A DNA stretch of 24,000 nt. Origin: Spirochaetota bacterium. GTDB lineage: Bacteria > Spirochaetota > UBA4802 > UBA5550. Below the pieces are notes generated by a model that was not told the origin of the DNA, made no database searches, and saw only the letters and a program-made list of their open reading frames with translations. Positions within the stretch are counted from its first letter, which is position 1, and the number at the start of each line of letters is the position of its first letter. The stretch covers positions 3,599 to 27,598 of the forward strand of contig JAAYBQ010000126.1 of assembly GCA_012730035.1 (NCBI GenBank), given 5' to 3'. Both the position numbers and the translations under genes were made by a program. This document shows, piece after piece, positions 21,916 through 24,000 of this stretch.

Positions 21916-24000
21916 TCAGATGCCAGACAGGCTTCGCATGTATATTCTTGTGCCTGCCCTGCCCGCGGGTTGACTGTTCCTCCCTTTCGCGGCCCGGTCC
22001 GCTGCCTGCCTGAATGCCTGACCCGCGCCTGAACCGGTGTAGTACCCGGCATAGAATGATTCAATGAACACGGCGGAATTTAATTCCCGGTCTCCCGGAT
22101 TGCTGATAAGTACATCACCGCTGCACCACTGCTGAACCGCAAGCACAAGGTCCGTAACCGATGCTCTGCCCATATCACCGGCAGTTATGTATGCCATGCG
22201 TGAACCTGCTACAAGCCTGTCAAGGCTCCAGCCGCTCTCCACGGTAAAGAACGGATACGATGAACTGTAATTTACATTATCAGCCACGTGCGCCGCATTC
22301 CCCCCTGCGTTATCGGAAACTGCAAAGGGTACGCCCGATTCCCTGACCGCCGCCCTTTCAACATACTGCCTCAGGTCATCATCCCTGTATGAAACTACCT
22401 GCACGGACCCGGGCCTTTCAGAGGGAGTGTCCGAAAGGAGCAGCGGCGAAGAAACATAAACTATCGAATAATCATCAGAGAGCATCCGTTCCTCCCCCGC
22501 AATCTCAAAGGGGAGCTTTTCTGTCAGTGAATCACAGCAGAATATTATGGTCTTTACGTTTTTAAGATACGCATAAACAGGCGCGAGCAGAACCTTCAGT
22601 TCAGCTGAAACGGGTGTAATGTCCCTGGAGGCTGCAGAAAGCTCCCGGTAAGAGGCGGATATTCTTTCAGCCGCGGCATAACCTCCGGCAATAATAAAGG
22701 CTTTGCTGTCCCTGTTGCCGCTGAGCCATACAAAAAGGTCTTTCCTGTTGCCGGATATGTTTACATAAAGCGCCCCGGCCGGCAGACGGCTGTTCAGCCT
22801 GCCCATGGCAGAGGCATCCGCTTTTACAAGAAGGTTTATGCCGCTTCGCGCCGATGCCAGTACAAGTTTTTTAATCTCGCTGTAATAATGGGCATCGTTG
22901 TAACTGCCGGTCCTCATCCTGTAGTTTACATACTCGTCAAATACCCGGCGGGTCATCGGTTCCATAACAGGGCCCGAGGCAAGTGAAGGATCATCTGTGA
23001 GCATGGTCACGGTTGATGCGAAGAGTGTTTCGAACCCGGCGGCATCATTAACAGTTGCAGTCTTAAGCCGGGACAGCCTGTTCAGCTCGATCAGCGCAAG
23101 CTGTATGTTGAACTGGTATTTCTCTGCGGTACTTAAAGTTCCGGCGGACTTCATAGTTTCGGCGCGCTCACCTGCATCGGCGTACTGCCCGGTCGCTGTG
23201 AGTATGCTTATCATAAGCAGTTCAAGACTGTTGCTGTGAATGCCTCTTTCAGCATACAGCCTGCCGGACTCAAGCCCTGCCGTATATGCAGACTTGTAAT
23301 CTCCGGCAAGTGAATAGAGCCGTGCCCGGTCCTCGTATATACCTGCGGTTAAACCGGGCGCGGCGTATGAATATTTATTCATCTCTTCAGTTACTGCAAG
23401 GGCCGAGCTGTAGTCAGCGTTCACCTCGTAAGTCTTTTTCAGCCTTGCGCAGAGGATAAGCGCGTCAGCAGGGTTCGCAGCACTGCAGATCTGCGCAATG
23501 TCGCCGGTGGTAAAAAAGCGGTAAGGATCCCCCTCGTCGGTATAATAATTAAGTATGGCAAAGAGGGGGAACATCGACAGCCTGTCGTATCCTGAATCAG
23601 CGGTAAAAAGTCCGGAAGCACTTTCGCCGAATGTTCTGCCCGGTGTACCCCCTGAAAAGAGCGCGGCAATTCTGTCGAACCTGATAGATGACCCGGAGTT
23701 TATCTTTTTCCCTGTGAATGTCATACACAGAAGCTGGTCTCTCTCTGACGCCGCGGAATCAGAGGGTATAAGCGCGGCTGCACCGGCTGCAGAACCATCA
23801 CCGGCAAGCACTGAGTATGTAAGGATCAGAAAGAGGTAACGGTCCGCTGGAATAATAGTTCTGTATGGCCTGCTTAATGCTGCAGCCTTTTTAACGGCAG
23901 ATGAATCGCCATTCTTTGCCATCGAGAGTATTATCTCTATAAACCCGGCATCAGCGGCTATTGCATCTGTTCCGCGTATTTTATTGTACGCGCTCTCAGC
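21916..24000 (-). CDS. TPR-repeat / CHAT-like domain protein; the N-terminus runs off the right window edge
   Basis: The frame stays open upstream of the track Met (23922) to position 24000, reading ...AESAYNKIRGTDAIAADAGFIEIILS-M.... The central region has TPR-like helical repeats (YSSALAV..., YKSAYTAGLE...). The C-terminal 250 aa or so follow the CHAT layout (KTIIFCCDSLTEKLPFE..., ...FIESFYAGYYTGSGAGQAFRQA). Confidence 0.55.
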   Translation of the reverse strand, partial: AESAYNKIRGTDAIAADAGFIEIILSMAKNGDSSAVKKAAALSRPYRTIIPADRYLFLILTYSVLAGDGSAAGAAALIPSDSAASERDQLLCMTFTGKKINSGSSIRFDRIAALFSGGTPGRTFGESASGLFTADSGYDRLSMFPLFAILNYYTDEGDPYRFFTTGDIAQICSAANPADALILCARLKKTYEVNADYSSALAVTEEMNKYSYAAPGLTAGIYEDRARLYSLAGDYKSAYTAGLESGRLYAERGIHSNSLELLMISILTATGQYADAGERAETMKSAGTLSTAEKYQFNIQLALIELNRLSRLKTATVNDAAGFETLFASTVTMLTDDPSLASGPVMEPMTRRVFDEYVNYRMRTGSYNDAHYYSEIKKLVLASARSGINLLVKADASAMGRLNSRLPAGALYVNISGNRKDLFVWLSGNRDSKAFIIAGGYAAAERISASYRELSAASRDITPVSAELKVLLAPVYAYLKNVKTIIFCCDSLTEKLPFEIAGEERMLSDDYSIVYVSSPLLLSDTPSERPGSVQVVSYRDDDLRQYVERAAVRESGVPFAVSDNAGGNAAHVADNVNYSSSYPFFTVESGWSLDRLVAGSRMAYITAGDMGRASVTDLVLAVQQWCSGDVLISNPGDRELNSAVFIESFYAGYYTGSGAGQAFRQAADRAAKGRNSQPAGRAGTRIYMRSLSGI

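Noticed and set aside
21236-23839. Plus-strand and alternative-frame ORFs within the ttcA-like and TPR/CHAT-like genes (21236..21652, 21283..21528, 21882..22064, 22997..23239, 23439..23669, 23555..23839).
   Set aside because: They overlap longer ORFs that have domain-level support. Their products are low-complexity and lack start signals.

Overview
This 24 kb window looks bacterial, probably from an anaerobe. Coding density is high, most genes are on the minus strand, and the intergenic regions are AT-rich with GC-rich hairpins. All calls come from reading the sequence and the ORF track by eye; no database search was run.

Genes, left to right:
- higB/higA toxin-antitoxin pair, divergent from an rtcB RNA ligase and archease pair.
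- A divergent tungsten-type aldehyde:ferredoxin oxidoreductase.
- A DUF697+SHOCT protein.
- An arsR-hgcA-hgcB mercury-methylation cluster, with the HgcA cap-helix motif NVWCAAGK and the HgcB double CX2CX2CX3C plus C-terminal CC.
- An ECF sigma and zf-HC2/FecR anti-sigma pair, convergent with a Lys/Glu-rich secreted protein and a putative beta-barrel protein.
- A Tat-exported 4x[4Fe-4S] protein with a small cytochrome-b-like membrane partner.
- metX-metW behind a clear SAM-I riboswitch.
- ruvA with an upstream membrane protein, an SH3b/discoidin-like lipoprotein, guaB, a hypothetical gene, a YkgJ-type Cys-cluster protein, a TtcA-like PP-loop ATPase and a TPR/CHAT-like protein that runs off the right edge.

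Most interesting observation: a 56-codon ORF (7573..7743) absent from the ORF track because of an in-frame TGA. It lies divergent from arsR-hgcAB, has a strong SD, two hydrophobic helices, a C-x4-[TGA] loop motif and a hairpin downstream of the TGA. It is a candidate small membrane selenoprotein that shares a control region with the mercury-methylation operon, and that region holds a perfect 24-nt palindrome.

Other observations: a roughly 70-nt repeat at two convergent gene ends, a family of ATTCC...GGAAT hairpins, and a terminator-bearing leader upstream of the FeS gene.
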